Below, one piece after another: positions 41,701 through 51,162 of a stretch of DNA of 64,000 bases; positions within the stretch are counted from its first letter, which is position 1, and each line of letters opens with the position of its first letter. Under the pieces are notes generated by a model. The model did not search any database. It had not been told where the DNA came from and saw only the letters and a program-made list of their open reading frames with translations. The translations under genes were made by a program, and so were the position numbers. Where the stretch lies: assembly GCA_018716885.1 (NCBI GenBank), contig DVJI01000009.1, forward strand, positions 7,448 to 71,447. Direction: 5' to 3'. This stretch comes from Candidatus Enterousia intestinigallinarum (GTDB taxonomy: Bacteria; Pseudomonadota; Alphaproteobacteria; Rs-D84).

Positions 41701-43542
41701 TTAACGCGATGATACGCCACGTGTTGATACCGTGCGTGTTCCTAATGTGCCGCCACTGGTTCCCGTACCCAACATATTGCCAATGCCGGAATTTGTTCCG
41801 CCCAGCAAACCGCCACCATTATTATTACCAGTTAAACCAGATGTTAAATCAATCTGCAAATTCAGTTCACATTTTTGTGTTTCAGAATTATATTTTTGAT
41901 TTGCACCACATTCGCACATACCGGTTACATTATTAAATGTACCACCATTATTGCAAATGCATTTACCATTTACCCACGAACCAACAATTTTACAACGCTG
42001 TTCTTGTTCACTGATTAGAAGTGGTGTGGTTTCTGGGTCACGTTCCTTGCACCGGCCATTAAAATCGTCCCAGATTTGACCGTCGCCACATTGGGGTTCG
42101 CTGCAAAAACCGTTTCGCCACGTGCCACCCATCTTTTCACATTCGGCCTGGCGGGCCGCCGCGTCAGGGCGAGAGGACAGTATCCCGTTATCTGTTTTAT
42201 TAGATTCTGAATCTGTATCGGATTCGGTGGCCGCGTCCGGTGTGTTGTCATCGGTATCAGCATTGCCACTGTCGCCATAGTTTTCGTCGTATTCCGCCTG
42301 GGCGTCTTTCAGTGCATTTTCGGCCTTTTGACGGTCAATCGCACGTGTAATAGCGCCGGATGTAATAGCACCCGCCGCAACACCCAAACCAGAGCCAAGT
42401 AATGCCGATGATGCCGATGTTTGTGACCGGGTCAGACGATATGCGTTTTCCATAAATGTTGTTATATCGATTCCAAACCAATTCGGGGTGCAACTGAATA
42501 TGTCACCGGCGTACGCCTTTTTCGATGCATACAGTGTTGTATCATCCCCAGCATAGAAATTGACCGTATAGACGCAACTGAATGTGCGTTCATCGAACAT
42601 TGCGCCCAATGTTTGACACTGAGTCGCCATTTCGTCGCGCAATTCATACAAGCGTTGTTCATCACGCTGAACCTGTTCTTCGGCGTCAACGCGCAGGTTT
42701 GCAAATACCTGCATCGCGCGTGATGCCAGGCCACTGTCTTGTTGTGTACAGTTATCGGCGATTGTTTTACATTTTGCGATTGCCGCGTCGCCTGCAGATT
42801 TGCCCAGGCACTTGCTGAACGTTGTTCCGCATTCTGTCACGATACAGTCGTTATAACGATTGCCACAATCCAATATGGCGTTATATGATGCCAATCGTGC
42901 GTTCATATCGCGGTCTGATTTTATTTCCGCGGCGAATAATCTGTATTCTTCGCCAGTACAGGTGGCATCAATAGAATTGCGACACGAATCCATTTTATTA
43001 CCCCACGTGGTGTCGGTGTCGCCACTGCAATTTGTAAAGTCGGTACCACATTTTTCCTGCATACAGGCACGCAGACCAGAATCACAGGCATTGCGCCCAC
43101 CTGTCGTGGTGGATTTTGTGGCCGTATTTATGGCACTTTGTGCATCCAATTCGGCGCGCTGTTGACGAATTAGTTCTGCCAAGCGGTCCGACGATGTATC
43201 TGTGGCAGTTGTGCTGGCCGTTGATAATGTAGTGTCAAATTGTGATGCCTTGTTTTCAATTACAACTTCGTCATCCGTGCTGTCTGTTTCGGGTGCGGTT
43301 GTTTCGGTTTCTGTTTCCGTCGTTGTTGTAGTTGTTGTCGATGTTGACACGGTTGCCGACGGCATTCGTCCAGTATTGTTCGTGCGCGTCGATACCGTTG
43401 GGCGTGCGGAAACATTTGATGCCGCGCCACGAGATACAACCGCCGCATTTGCGTCAAATGCAAACAATGCCATTATCGCAGAGCATATAATTCCACGAAA
43501 TGCTGGGGTGTATCGATAAAAATTTTTTTGTGTACTAATCAT
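41701..43542 (-). CDS. secreted Cys-rich protein (613 aa), same family
   Basis: N-terminal hydrophobic segment ...ICSAIMALFAFDANA followed by AVVSRGAASNVSARP; poly-Thr/Glu linker; CGTDFTNCSGD Cys modules; Gly-rich C-terminus. Confidence 0.7.
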   Translation of the reverse strand: MISTQKNFYRYTPAFRGIICSAIMALFAFDANAAVVSRGAASNVSARPTVSTRTNNTGRMPSATVSTSTTTTTTTETETETTAPETDSTDDEVVIENKASQFDTTLSTASTTATDTSSDRLAELIRQQRAELDAQSAINTATKSTTTGGRNACDSGLRACMQEKCGTDFTNCSGDTDTTWGNKMDSCRNSIDATCTGEEYRLFAAEIKSDRDMNARLASYNAILDCGNRYNDCIVTECGTTFSKCLGKSAGDAAIAKCKTIADNCTQQDSGLASRAMQVFANLRVDAEEQVQRDEQRLYELRDEMATQCQTLGAMFDERTFSCVYTVNFYAGDDTTLYASKKAYAGDIFSCTPNWFGIDITTFMENAYRLTRSQTSASSALLGSGLGVAAGAITSGAITRAIDRQKAENALKDAQAEYDENYGDSGNADTDDNTPDAATESDTDSESNKTDNGILSSRPDAAARQAECEKMGGTWRNGFCSEPQCGDGQIWDDFNGRCKERDPETTPLLISEQEQRCKIVGSWVNGKCICNNGGTFNNVTGMCECGANQKYNSETQKCELNLQIDLTSGLTGNNNGGGLLGGTNSGIGNMLGTGTSGGTLGTRTVSTRGVSSR

Positions 43543-43550
43543 TTATTCCA

Positions 43551-44420
43551 CTAGTCCAACAGGTTGCACGCTGTGTCATAAAATTCGCACAGCAGGTTTG
43601 CATTTACACGTTCCGATTCGTATCCTTCGCCGCACTTGTTCGGCATATTGCGTTCGCATACCGTTTCAATGCACGCGTCGCGACCGGCGTTATTTGTGCA
43701 ATTCGCCTGTGCCGTTACCATTTTTTGTTCGCGTGCGGTTTGATATCCAGCAACTAAACTGGCAATCAGCGTGTCGGCGTTTTGAATTGCTGTATCGCGT
43801 GCAGCGGTCAGCGTCGTACGTATGTCTGCAATATAATCGCCGCAACCCGTTGCCTCTACACTGCAGGCGGAAAAGAAATTATCAAATGCGGCGTCATCTT
43901 CGCACGCACTGTAATCCGGACCGCATCGTTTTGCATCAACCATACACGCACGAATTGTAGATGTACAACTGGACGCGCTGGCTGTGTTTTTATTTGCGTC
44001 AGCAATTGTTGCGGACATTTGTGCGCTGATACCAGCCGCACGACAGGACTGTTCAATCAATTCATCATATACGTCGGATACATCGTCCGGCGTGCAACCG
44101 TCAACCTTTTTAATACATTGCGCAGTCGCCCAGACATATCGCTGACCAGGATCGGTTGGCGCATCTTCCAATTCGTCTTCACTTAAAGTATATCGGGCGG
44201 ATGCCCCCAGTGATAAACTGCGCATACCAGATGATGCCGGCGGAGTTCCCGCACTGGATGTACCGCAATACTGGCACCGCGCAGCCGGATTTGACGATAC
44301 GTTTATCGCGCATACGGAATCCAGACATCGCGTCAAATTCATTGTCGAACACGTGGCCGCCACCGCAATACCAGGGCAGGCAATCAAGCCACATATAAAA
44401 AATAGGGTACTTTTTTTCAT
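43551..44420 (-). CDS. secreted Cys-rich protein (289 aa), same family
   Basis: signal peptide MKKSTLFFICGLIACPGIAVAA; KRCGPDYSACEDDAAFDN module almost identical to the GGCGDDFSGCASVAAFDS and DRCGPDYTQC modules of the 996-aa protein; apparently first gene of a minus-strand operon with the 613-aa and OmpA-domain genes. Confidence 0.7.
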   Translation of the reverse strand: MKKSTLFFICGLIACPGIAVAATCSTMNLTRCLDSVCAINVSSNPAARCQYCGTSSAGTPPASSGMRSLSLGASARYTLSEDELEDAPTDPGQRYVWATAQCIKKVDGCTPDDVSDVYDELIEQSCRAAGISAQMSATIADANKNTASASSCTSTIRACMVDAKRCGPDYSACEDDAAFDNFFSACSVEATGCGDYIADIRTTLTAARDTAIQNADTLIASLVAGYQTAREQKMVTAQANCTNNAGRDACIETVCERNMPNKCGEGYESERVNANLLCEFYDTACNLLD

Positions 44421-44573
44421 TTCTCTCTTTCCATAAAGTATATCAAAAAACGGATTGCGTGCAAAGTGAAAATAAGTAATAAATTGCCCGATAAATAAAA
44501 ATTTTGATTTTACAGTTGACAAATAATTAAATTTGTCCTATATTGTCGTGTGTAGAAAACAAAGGGATAAAAA

Positions 44574-45260
44574 ATGGCTTTGAATAAAAAAGTTTTGATT
44601 CATACTGGCGCTGGGATTGCGGCCGTAATTTTGCTGGCGTTCGGCATCACACAGTGCAGCCAAAAGCGTAGCGAACGTGAAGCCAACGATTCCGCAATGC
44701 GCAAGATTGAATCTAATAGACAAGAAATGCAGGCGGCAAATGAAACGCTGAAACGTGCGACTTGTGTGTTGGACAGTTTGCTGGATGCTAATTTGATCCA
44801 AGCCGATTCCATTATCGTTCTGAATGATTCTATTGCGGTTCTGAACGATTCGCTGGATTTGGTTCAAGGTCAACTGGATGACTGCAGAAAGGGAAAGCGT
44901 AATCCGACGCCGACACGCCCAACACCGACGCGTCCGACACCGGTAAAGCCGACTAACCCGCATAATGGAAACCGTACCAGAATTGATATGCGTGACAATT
45001 CCATCAATAACGAACAAATCGTTGTTCAAAATGATGGCGGAAATGGTAATGATACGGAAATAACCCTGGGTAATGGTACAACAAATAACGGCCAGATTGT
45101 CGTCAATAATGGTGGCACGGTTACAATCACGTCTAACCAGGCGGCAATTGATTCACTGCGCAATGCGGTTGACTCGTTGCAGATGAAAAATGGTAATTCG
45201 TTTGCTGGGTCCAGTGTTGTTGTCATTAAAAAGGTGAAAACATATACTCGTACACGCTAA
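44574..45260 (+). CDS. membrane-anchored coiled-coil protein (228 aa)
   Basis: N-terminal TM anchor, PTPTRPTPTRPTPVKP repeat, C-terminal TEITLGNGTTNNGQIVV...TITSNQAAIDSLRNAVDSLQMK. Confidence 0.55.
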   Translation: MALNKKVLIHTGAGIAAVILLAFGITQCSQKRSEREANDSAMRKIESNRQEMQAANETLKRATCVLDSLLDANLIQADSIIVLNDSIAVLNDSLDLVQGQLDDCRKGKRNPTPTRPTPTRPTPVKPTNPHNGNRTRIDMRDNSINNEQIVVQNDGGNGNDTEITLGNGTTNNGQIVVNNGGTVTITSNQAAIDSLRNAVDSLQMKNGNSFAGSSVVVIKKVKTYTRTR

Positions 45261-45414
45261 ATGATAACGCGTATGTTGACCATATAAAACAACCCCGTTC
45301 TATCGATACGGGGTGTTTTTTTTATATGCCTTTTCTACTAGACAAATAATAAAACAGTGTGTATTATGATTCTGGACAGGGGGAATGGTGTATAAAACTG
45401 TACAAGGATAAAAA

Positions 45415-45960
45415 ATGAATTGGAAAAGAATTATTGGTGCTGGTTCCGTAGTGGTGGCGGCTGTTGCGGTTGTGTTTTTTGCGAAAACTTGTTCAGACCA
45501 GCGGGTCAGTGATGCTATTCAGGAATCTTATAAAACTATTGCCGATACCAAGCAGGAATTGGTCGATGTGCGGCGTCAAAATGATTCTTTGCGTAAGATT
45601 GTGGAATATCGTGATTCTGTTGCCGCGCCGCGTGACAGTGTGCCGGTGAAGAAAACGGCGGCGCGCGACAGTGGCGTAATTGTTGTGCGGCATACGACCA
45701 CACCAACAGTGACGCGTCGTGCGGTTGCATCGACCAAGCCGGTCAGTGGAAAAACAACCGTTCGTATGCAAGAAAATGCAAAAAATAATAAAAACATTAT
45801 TGTTCCAGCAGATGCTACGCGTGGCGATGAAATAGAAATCGTTTTGGGTAACGGTGCGGTCAATGATGGAAACATAATTATTGGCGGTGACAAAATTATT
45901 GTTACCAGTCGTGATTCTTTGCGCAATGTTATCGACACGTTGCACGTAAAAACGCGATAA
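45415..45960 (+). CDS. membrane-anchored coiled-coil protein, paralog (181 aa)
   Basis: shares the TM anchor plus EIVLGNGAVNDGNIII...IIVTSRDSLRNVIDTLHVK module with 44574-45260. Confidence 0.55.
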   Translation: MNWKRIIGAGSVVVAAVAVVFFAKTCSDQRVSDAIQESYKTIADTKQELVDVRRQNDSLRKIVEYRDSVAAPRDSVPVKKTAARDSGVIVVRHTTTPTVTRRAVASTKPVSGKTTVRMQENAKNNKNIIVPADATRGDEIEIVLGNGAVNDGNIIIGGDKIIVTSRDSLRNVIDTLHVKTR

Positions 45961-46088
45961 CATAATATAATATATAAAGTATATTGCTGACCCGGACAGA
46001 TGTACTGTCCGGGCTATTTTTATGGAAAGTTTTTTCTAGACATAGAATTTGATTGTATGTTATGATGTTTTTACAGAGAGAATTTTCA

Positions 46089-49000
46089 ATGAAATACATC
46101 AGATTATTACTGTTTGCATTGTTTTTGATTCCGGCGGGTGCTGTTGCGGCGACAACCGCAAATAACAGCGAATTTATGGTTGCGGCGCAATTATTGGCCG
46201 CGGCAAAAAATGCCGATATTCAACAGGTGCAGTTGCTGATAAGCAATGGTGCAAATGTGAACTATGTTGACAGCACGGGATTGTCGTTGGTTTGTACCGC
46301 GTTGATGAACAATGACGTTCGGGCGGCGCAAATTTTACAAATGTATGGCGCGGACGCGTCACAATGTGACCGCCAGATAAAGCAATATAATTCGCGAACG
46401 CAAACGGAAAGCAGTGGGGGGCTGTTCAGCGGATTATCCTCCGCCCAGACAATATCTTTGGCGGCGGCGGGGGCCGCCGTTGTTGTAGGTGGGCTTTTTT
46501 TGTTGACTGATTGGTTGGATCCGGGAAATGAAAATGGTGGCGGGTCTTCATCTGGCAATCGGCCAAACGGTGGTGGCGATGATGACAATGGTGGCGGAAG
46601 TGCCACGGCGGGGGCCGAAATTCCTGTGGGGCCGGCGTATTTTACGTCTGACGGCGAAATCGCGTACAGCACAGCAGCGTATGAATCAAATTTGGCACAG
46701 TGGGATCCGTCGGCTGGTGGGGTGCGTGAAGCGGACTTTAATTATTTCCGCCCAACAACACAGCCGGAAAACAATTATGTTGTTGATGGTATTTTGTTGC
46801 CGTTGCAAAACTATTTGCTGATAATGCACGGATATTCTTCGTTTGCAAATGGGTATATGGGACAGACAACATTCCGTGACAATAATCATAATCCTATACG
46901 CGTATTAAATTCAACTGGTGGTGGACGCCCTGTTTTAGCATCTTTGATTACCGCAAATGGTATAAATGCGGCCGGTTCCGCGGCACGTTCGGTTGATGGT
47001 ATTGCTTGGTCGGATTCAACGGCGGTGAATTCCAATACAGACAGATTTGATAAGTATGCTAATTACAACAAACCGTCAAATGGAAATCTGGGGACGGAAA
47101 TTTCCGGATTTGACCTGTCGGGCAGTGGTACGGCAATGAATCCGTTTGCAAGTGCAACGGAAAGTGCGTTGGCAAAAATTGTCGGTGGCTGGGAAGCGGG
47201 TGGTCGTGCATACGGCGACTTGTACGGATTTGTGCCAAACGGTCAGTTGGCGATTTACAGAACCGGTGGCGGTGGAAAATGGGTTGATGTTGAAGACCCA
47301 ACCAGTGGGGAATTGATTGGTACGCTGACGGATTCTGGGGCTACGACTAAGGTTGGAACGATTGAGCCGGGTGATGTTATAACGTTGGCAAACGGTGTTA
47401 AATATACAATATCTAATGCACTGGATGATGCGGGGGTTACCAATCCAACCATAGAAATAAATGGCAAAACATATAAACTGGGCGCGGGCAGCATACTGCT
47501 AAAGGGAACCTGTACCAGCGATACACCGTCGGAATGTGAAAATGTTTCCGACATTGCGATTTATCAGGGTACTGACGGGTACTATTATGTGAACAGTACT
47601 GGTGGCGATACGGTTGATGCGGTGTATGTTATAAATGATAACAATATTTACGTGCAAAAAGAGTGGAAGGAATCCGATGTCCGAAATTTTGAAGCGATAT
47701 ATAACGCGCGTACTAATGGTTCCGCTGTTATTGCCAATGTTGCATTAAATCCCGAATCGCGCAAGGTTTCATATACCAATATTGGTGAAATAGAATCATA
47801 TTTTGCGCTGGGGGGCAGTACAGATAAAAAAACGTTATTCGCTGCGCTGATAAATAATTATTATGAAAAGGATTCGTCTGATTCCACAACCCAGGGTGGC
47901 TATGCAAATTCCATATTTAATGGATATAATTCCAGTTTGCCGATTTTGGTTATGCCGGCGGGCGAATTTGCTTGGGGGCAGGGCGATGGAAAAACAATGA
48001 ACGTGTTGGATGCAACGTTTGAAAACTATGCGCCTGCACTGTATGACAGTAATTTGGAACATATGTTTATGACCGTTGTTGCTGTTCAGCATTCCAAGGG
48101 AACGTCTGATGCAGACAGCATTGGTGATTATGGTAATGGTATAAATGATGATTTCGGGCCACTGTATCTGTCTATGTGGACGGACAATAACGGTACGCCC
48201 GATGATACCAGTGACGACACGCGTTATATGTCGCGTAAGTGTGGTATTGCGGGATTGGGATTAAATGGCGTCGATCCGTGGTGTTTTTCCGCCGCCGGAC
48301 CGACCGCGGAAATGGCAACAGCGTCCGCTGCGGGGGCGGTGGCTGCGTTAAAGGGGGCGTTCCCTTATATGACAAACGGTGATATTTTCACTTTGATGGC
48401 GTTGACCGCAGACGGGCCATATTTGGGAACTGATAATGCCGGTAATGCATTTACGGTTGATTCGTTGGTGTCATATCTGAAAACGATGTATTCTTTGCCG
48501 CCGGATTATCACGCGTCTGAATTGACCGGCCAGGATTATTTGGATGCCTTTGCCGAAGTTTACGGTTACGGTATGATAAATCTGGAACGTGCAATGACGC
48601 CCGGTAACAAGATTTATTATTATGACGGAAACAGTATTGTGTCTGGTAATGGAAATGCGTATTGGCGCGCGGCGTCTAACACCGTTTTTCGTGCGTCGTC
48701 CGCGTTCAGCCCCAGTACCGCGAAAATTAGCGCGCCGTTCTTTGACATATTGGAAAGTGTTGATGGCAAAATGACCCTGCCGCGTGTTTGGAAAAATGAA
48801 TTTGCGTTGGGTGTTACCGACAAGCGCGGGTTGTATATGGGTGATGTATTGGGCGAATTCAAAACTCGTAATGACGCCCCGCAACGCGTGCAATTTGGAA
48901 ACTTTGGTTTTTCAATGACAACATCGGAAAAGCCGTATGCTGATAACTTGAACGGGTTGGATAATATGCGTTTGGATTATACGTCCGGTAATTGGAATTT

Positions 49001-49835
49001 TGCAGCCGGATATCAGCGGCACTTTACCGATGGGGCGTCGCGCTTTGATGGTATGTCCAATCCGATTTTGGGACTGACGTCAAATGCGATGACAACAGAT
49101 ATTGCGTATAATATGGGACGCTGGACATTTGGGGCACGTGCGTTTTCGGGGGCAATTACTGATGAAACTATGCTGGACAGTGATCCGACATTGGCGTCAC
49201 AATATTTGCCTGCGCGTCTGGGGCTGATGCAGGGTGCACAATCAGACATCTCGTGGCAGGGTGAACGTTTCGGATTTACCACGTCAGTTGGTGCCGCACA
49301 CGAAAATAATACGTTACTGGGGGCGGTATCAGGTGGATTGTTGGATATGGGTAACGGCGACACTATATATGTTGATTCGGAATTTCGGTACAGCCCGGCG
49401 GAAGACGTTACGCTGACTATGCGGTCGACATTTGCACGTACCACCGCCGACGCCACAGGACAATTTATCCTGGGGATGAGTGATATAGATTCCAATGCGT
49501 TTGCATTTGGTGTTGATGCCGGCAATTTCAGTTTCAGCGTATCGCAACCGTTGACGGTCAGCCGTGGGTATATGCAATTCCCATATGCCGAATACGAATT
49601 GGTTGATTTGGGTGACGGAAAATATGATTTAGATATAACTGATATGCATATTGAAAATGTCAATTTAAGTCCTGATAAGCGCGAAGTACGATTTGCGGGT
49701 GCATATCGTCATAACTTTGGGGAATTTACAGACGGGGCAATAGGGTTTATATATCGTGTGAATCCGAATAATACCGATGAGTTTGGAAACGAGTCCATAT
49801 TTATGATGAAAATGACACATCGACTTGGCATTTAA
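46089..49835 (+). CDS. giant surface protein: signal peptide, ankyrin-like repeat, TM/Gly-rich linker, large passenger region, autotransporter-like C-terminal beta domain (1248 aa)
   Basis: MKYIRLLLFALFLIPAGAVAA; ankyrin-like LLISNGANVNYVDSTGLSLVCTALMNNDVRAAQILQMYGADA; C-terminal 300 aa with alternating hydrophobic beta-strand pattern; a weak subtilase-like stretch GPTAEMATASAAGAVAAL is inconclusive. Confidence 0.6.
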   Translation: MKYIRLLLFALFLIPAGAVAATTANNSEFMVAAQLLAAAKNADIQQVQLLISNGANVNYVDSTGLSLVCTALMNNDVRAAQILQMYGADASQCDRQIKQYNSRTQTESSGGLFSGLSSAQTISLAAAGAAVVVGGLFLLTDWLDPGNENGGGSSSGNRPNGGGDDDNGGGSATAGAEIPVGPAYFTSDGEIAYSTAAYESNLAQWDPSAGGVREADFNYFRPTTQPENNYVVDGILLPLQNYLLIMHGYSSFANGYMGQTTFRDNNHNPIRVLNSTGGGRPVLASLITANGINAAGSAARSVDGIAWSDSTAVNSNTDRFDKYANYNKPSNGNLGTEISGFDLSGSGTAMNPFASATESALAKIVGGWEAGGRAYGDLYGFVPNGQLAIYRTGGGGKWVDVEDPTSGELIGTLTDSGATTKVGTIEPGDVITLANGVKYTISNALDDAGVTNPTIEINGKTYKLGAGSILLKGTCTSDTPSECENVSDIAIYQGTDGYYYVNSTGGDTVDAVYVINDNNIYVQKEWKESDVRNFEAIYNARTNGSAVIANVALNPESRKVSYTNIGEIESYFALGGSTDKKTLFAALINNYYEKDSSDSTTQGGYANSIFNGYNSSLPILVMPAGEFAWGQGDGKTMNVLDATFENYAPALYDSNLEHMFMTVVAVQHSKGTSDADSIGDYGNGINDDFGPLYLSMWTDNNGTPDDTSDDTRYMSRKCGIAGLGLNGVDPWCFSAAGPTAEMATASAAGAVAALKGAFPYMTNGDIFTLMALTADGPYLGTDNAGNAFTVDSLVSYLKTMYSLPPDYHASELTGQDYLDAFAEVYGYGMINLERAMTPGNKIYYYDGNSIVSGNGNAYWRAASNTVFRASSAFSPSTAKISAPFFDILESVDGKMTLPRVWKNEFALGVTDKRGLYMGDVLGEFKTRNDAPQRVQFGNFGFSMTTSEKPYADNLNGLDNMRLDYTSGNWNFAAGYQRHFTDGASRFDGMSNPILGLTSNAMTTDIAYNMGRWTFGARAFSGAITDETMLDSDPTLASQYLPARLGLMQGAQSDISWQGERFGFTTSVGAAHENNTLLGAVSGGLLDMGNGDTIYVDSEFRYSPAEDVTLTMRSTFARTTADATGQFILGMSDIDSNAFAFGVDAGNFSFSVSQPLTVSRGYMQFPYAEYELVDLGDGKYDLDITDMHIENVNLSPDKREVRFAGAYRHNFGEFTDGAIGFIYRVNPNNTDEFGNESIFMMKMTHRLGI

Positions 49836-49852
49836 CAGATATTCGTCCGGCA

Positions 49853-49881
49853 TCCCCGCGGATTTTTCCGCGGGGTTTTTA
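49853..49881 (+). terminator. intrinsic terminator
   Basis: hairpin ccccgcggatttttccgcgggg followed by a T5 run. Confidence 0.65.
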
Positions 49882-49955
49882 TTCCCGTGAAATGTACTTG
49901 ATAAAAAAAATTGGTGGTGTAATATTGGTTGACAAAAACAAAAAGGGTTAAATAA

Positions 49956-50360
49956 ATGAAAATTTTGCAAACGATAAAGGATTATTTTGCCCCGGCATAC
50001 AGTGTTAAATATGCTAATCCGGTTGAAGACGTAAAAATTTTATCTGCTATTGGGCGTGAAGCATTGTTCTTGACGGCCAGAAACGGGAAAAATTATTTTT
50101 ATTATTTCCCGGGTACGGAAAATAATCTTTCATTGGCCAAGTATTTGTTGGTGCGGAACGGGATTTCAGCGAAAACACATATTACAACATATCATTATAA
50201 AAAGGAACCGTGTCTGCGGGTTCTGGCAAAATCTTTGGGTAAAAATACGCCAGCGCGTCGCTTTGTTGACAGTATCGATGTTTATCAAGCGCGTCACTAT
50301 ACGGAAATAAACGAACGGTTGGAAATCATTCGTCAACAGATGCAGGGCAGGGTAAAATAA
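49956..50360 (+). CDS. hypothetical protein (134 aa)
   Basis: ORF with RBS-like agggt upstream; no recognisable motif. Confidence 0.4.
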   Translation: MKILQTIKDYFAPAYSVKYANPVEDVKILSAIGREALFLTARNGKNYFYYFPGTENNLSLAKYLLVRNGISAKTHITTYHYKKEPCLRVLAKSLGKNTPARRFVDSIDVYQARHYTEINERLEIIRQQMQGRVK

Positions 50361-50512
50361 TTTGTATCTGTTATTTCGCCGTCCGATAAAAATGCCTTCG
50401 CATAACATCGTGTTATGTTACTGGTGGCAGTGATACAGCTGGTTCATATTCTTATACACAAAATTGTTATTACAGCAATTAAAATACGCCCCGTAATTGT
50501 GGGGCGTTTTTA

Positions 50513-51106
50513 CTATTTACATACAACAACCATTGCTGTTCGTAAAACTGTATCGCCGAACATATATCCAGGTTGCAGTTCTTCAATAATAGTATTTGGC
50601 GCGGGACGCGGATCGGCATCCGCAGGGGCGTCGATAACCTGAATCGCGTTATGAAATTTTGGATCCAAAACCTGGCCGACCGAATCGATTTTTATTATAC
50701 CGACCTGGGCAAATGCGTCATTCATTGCCATTGCCATTGATTTGATACCCGCGTCATCAGGCGCGTGTTTTTGTGCCGCTTCGATTGCATCCATTACCGG
50801 TAAAAACTTTTTTGCAACGGACATAGCGCGGTTGCGGGCACTTGATTCAATATCCAATGCGGCACGACGACGGGTGTTTTCCAATTCCGCCGCCAGACGT
50901 AGAAATTTATCCGTCAGTTCGGCAATTTGGGCATTTAATTTGTCTGTTTCAGAATCTGCGGCGTTTTCATTTGCCGGTGTATCGGGTGTATTTTTTGCGT
51001 CCGCTTTTTCGGGTGCTGTGTCCGATTGCGGTGCAGTCGTACTTTTTTCCGGTTCGGTGGAAATAGAAACTTCATCAATCTTTACGTTTTTTTCGTCCAT
51101 ATTCAT
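50513..51106 (-). CDS. grpE: nucleotide exchange factor GrpE
   Basis: 197 aa; acidic N-terminus, coiled coil, C-terminal ...IIEELQPGYMFGDTVLRTAMVVV GrpE signature. Confidence 0.9.
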   Translation of the reverse strand: MNMDEKNVKIDEVSISTEPEKSTTAPQSDTAPEKADAKNTPDTPANENAADSETDKLNAQIAELTDKFLRLAAELENTRRRAALDIESSARNRAMSVAKKFLPVMDAIEAAQKHAPDDAGIKSMAMAMNDAFAQVGIIKIDSVGQVLDPKFHNAIQVIDAPADADPRPAPNTIIEELQPGYMFGDTVLRTAMVVVCK

Positions 51107-51162
51107 ACCTGCCTGTAACAGTTTGGGGGCGGCGGATATGCGCCCCCGGTTTAACTATACAT

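Noticed and set aside
48172-49663. Several minus-strand ORFs (67-216 aa) inside the 1248-aa gene
   Set aside because: Antisense to a long plus-strand ORF with a signal peptide and terminator.
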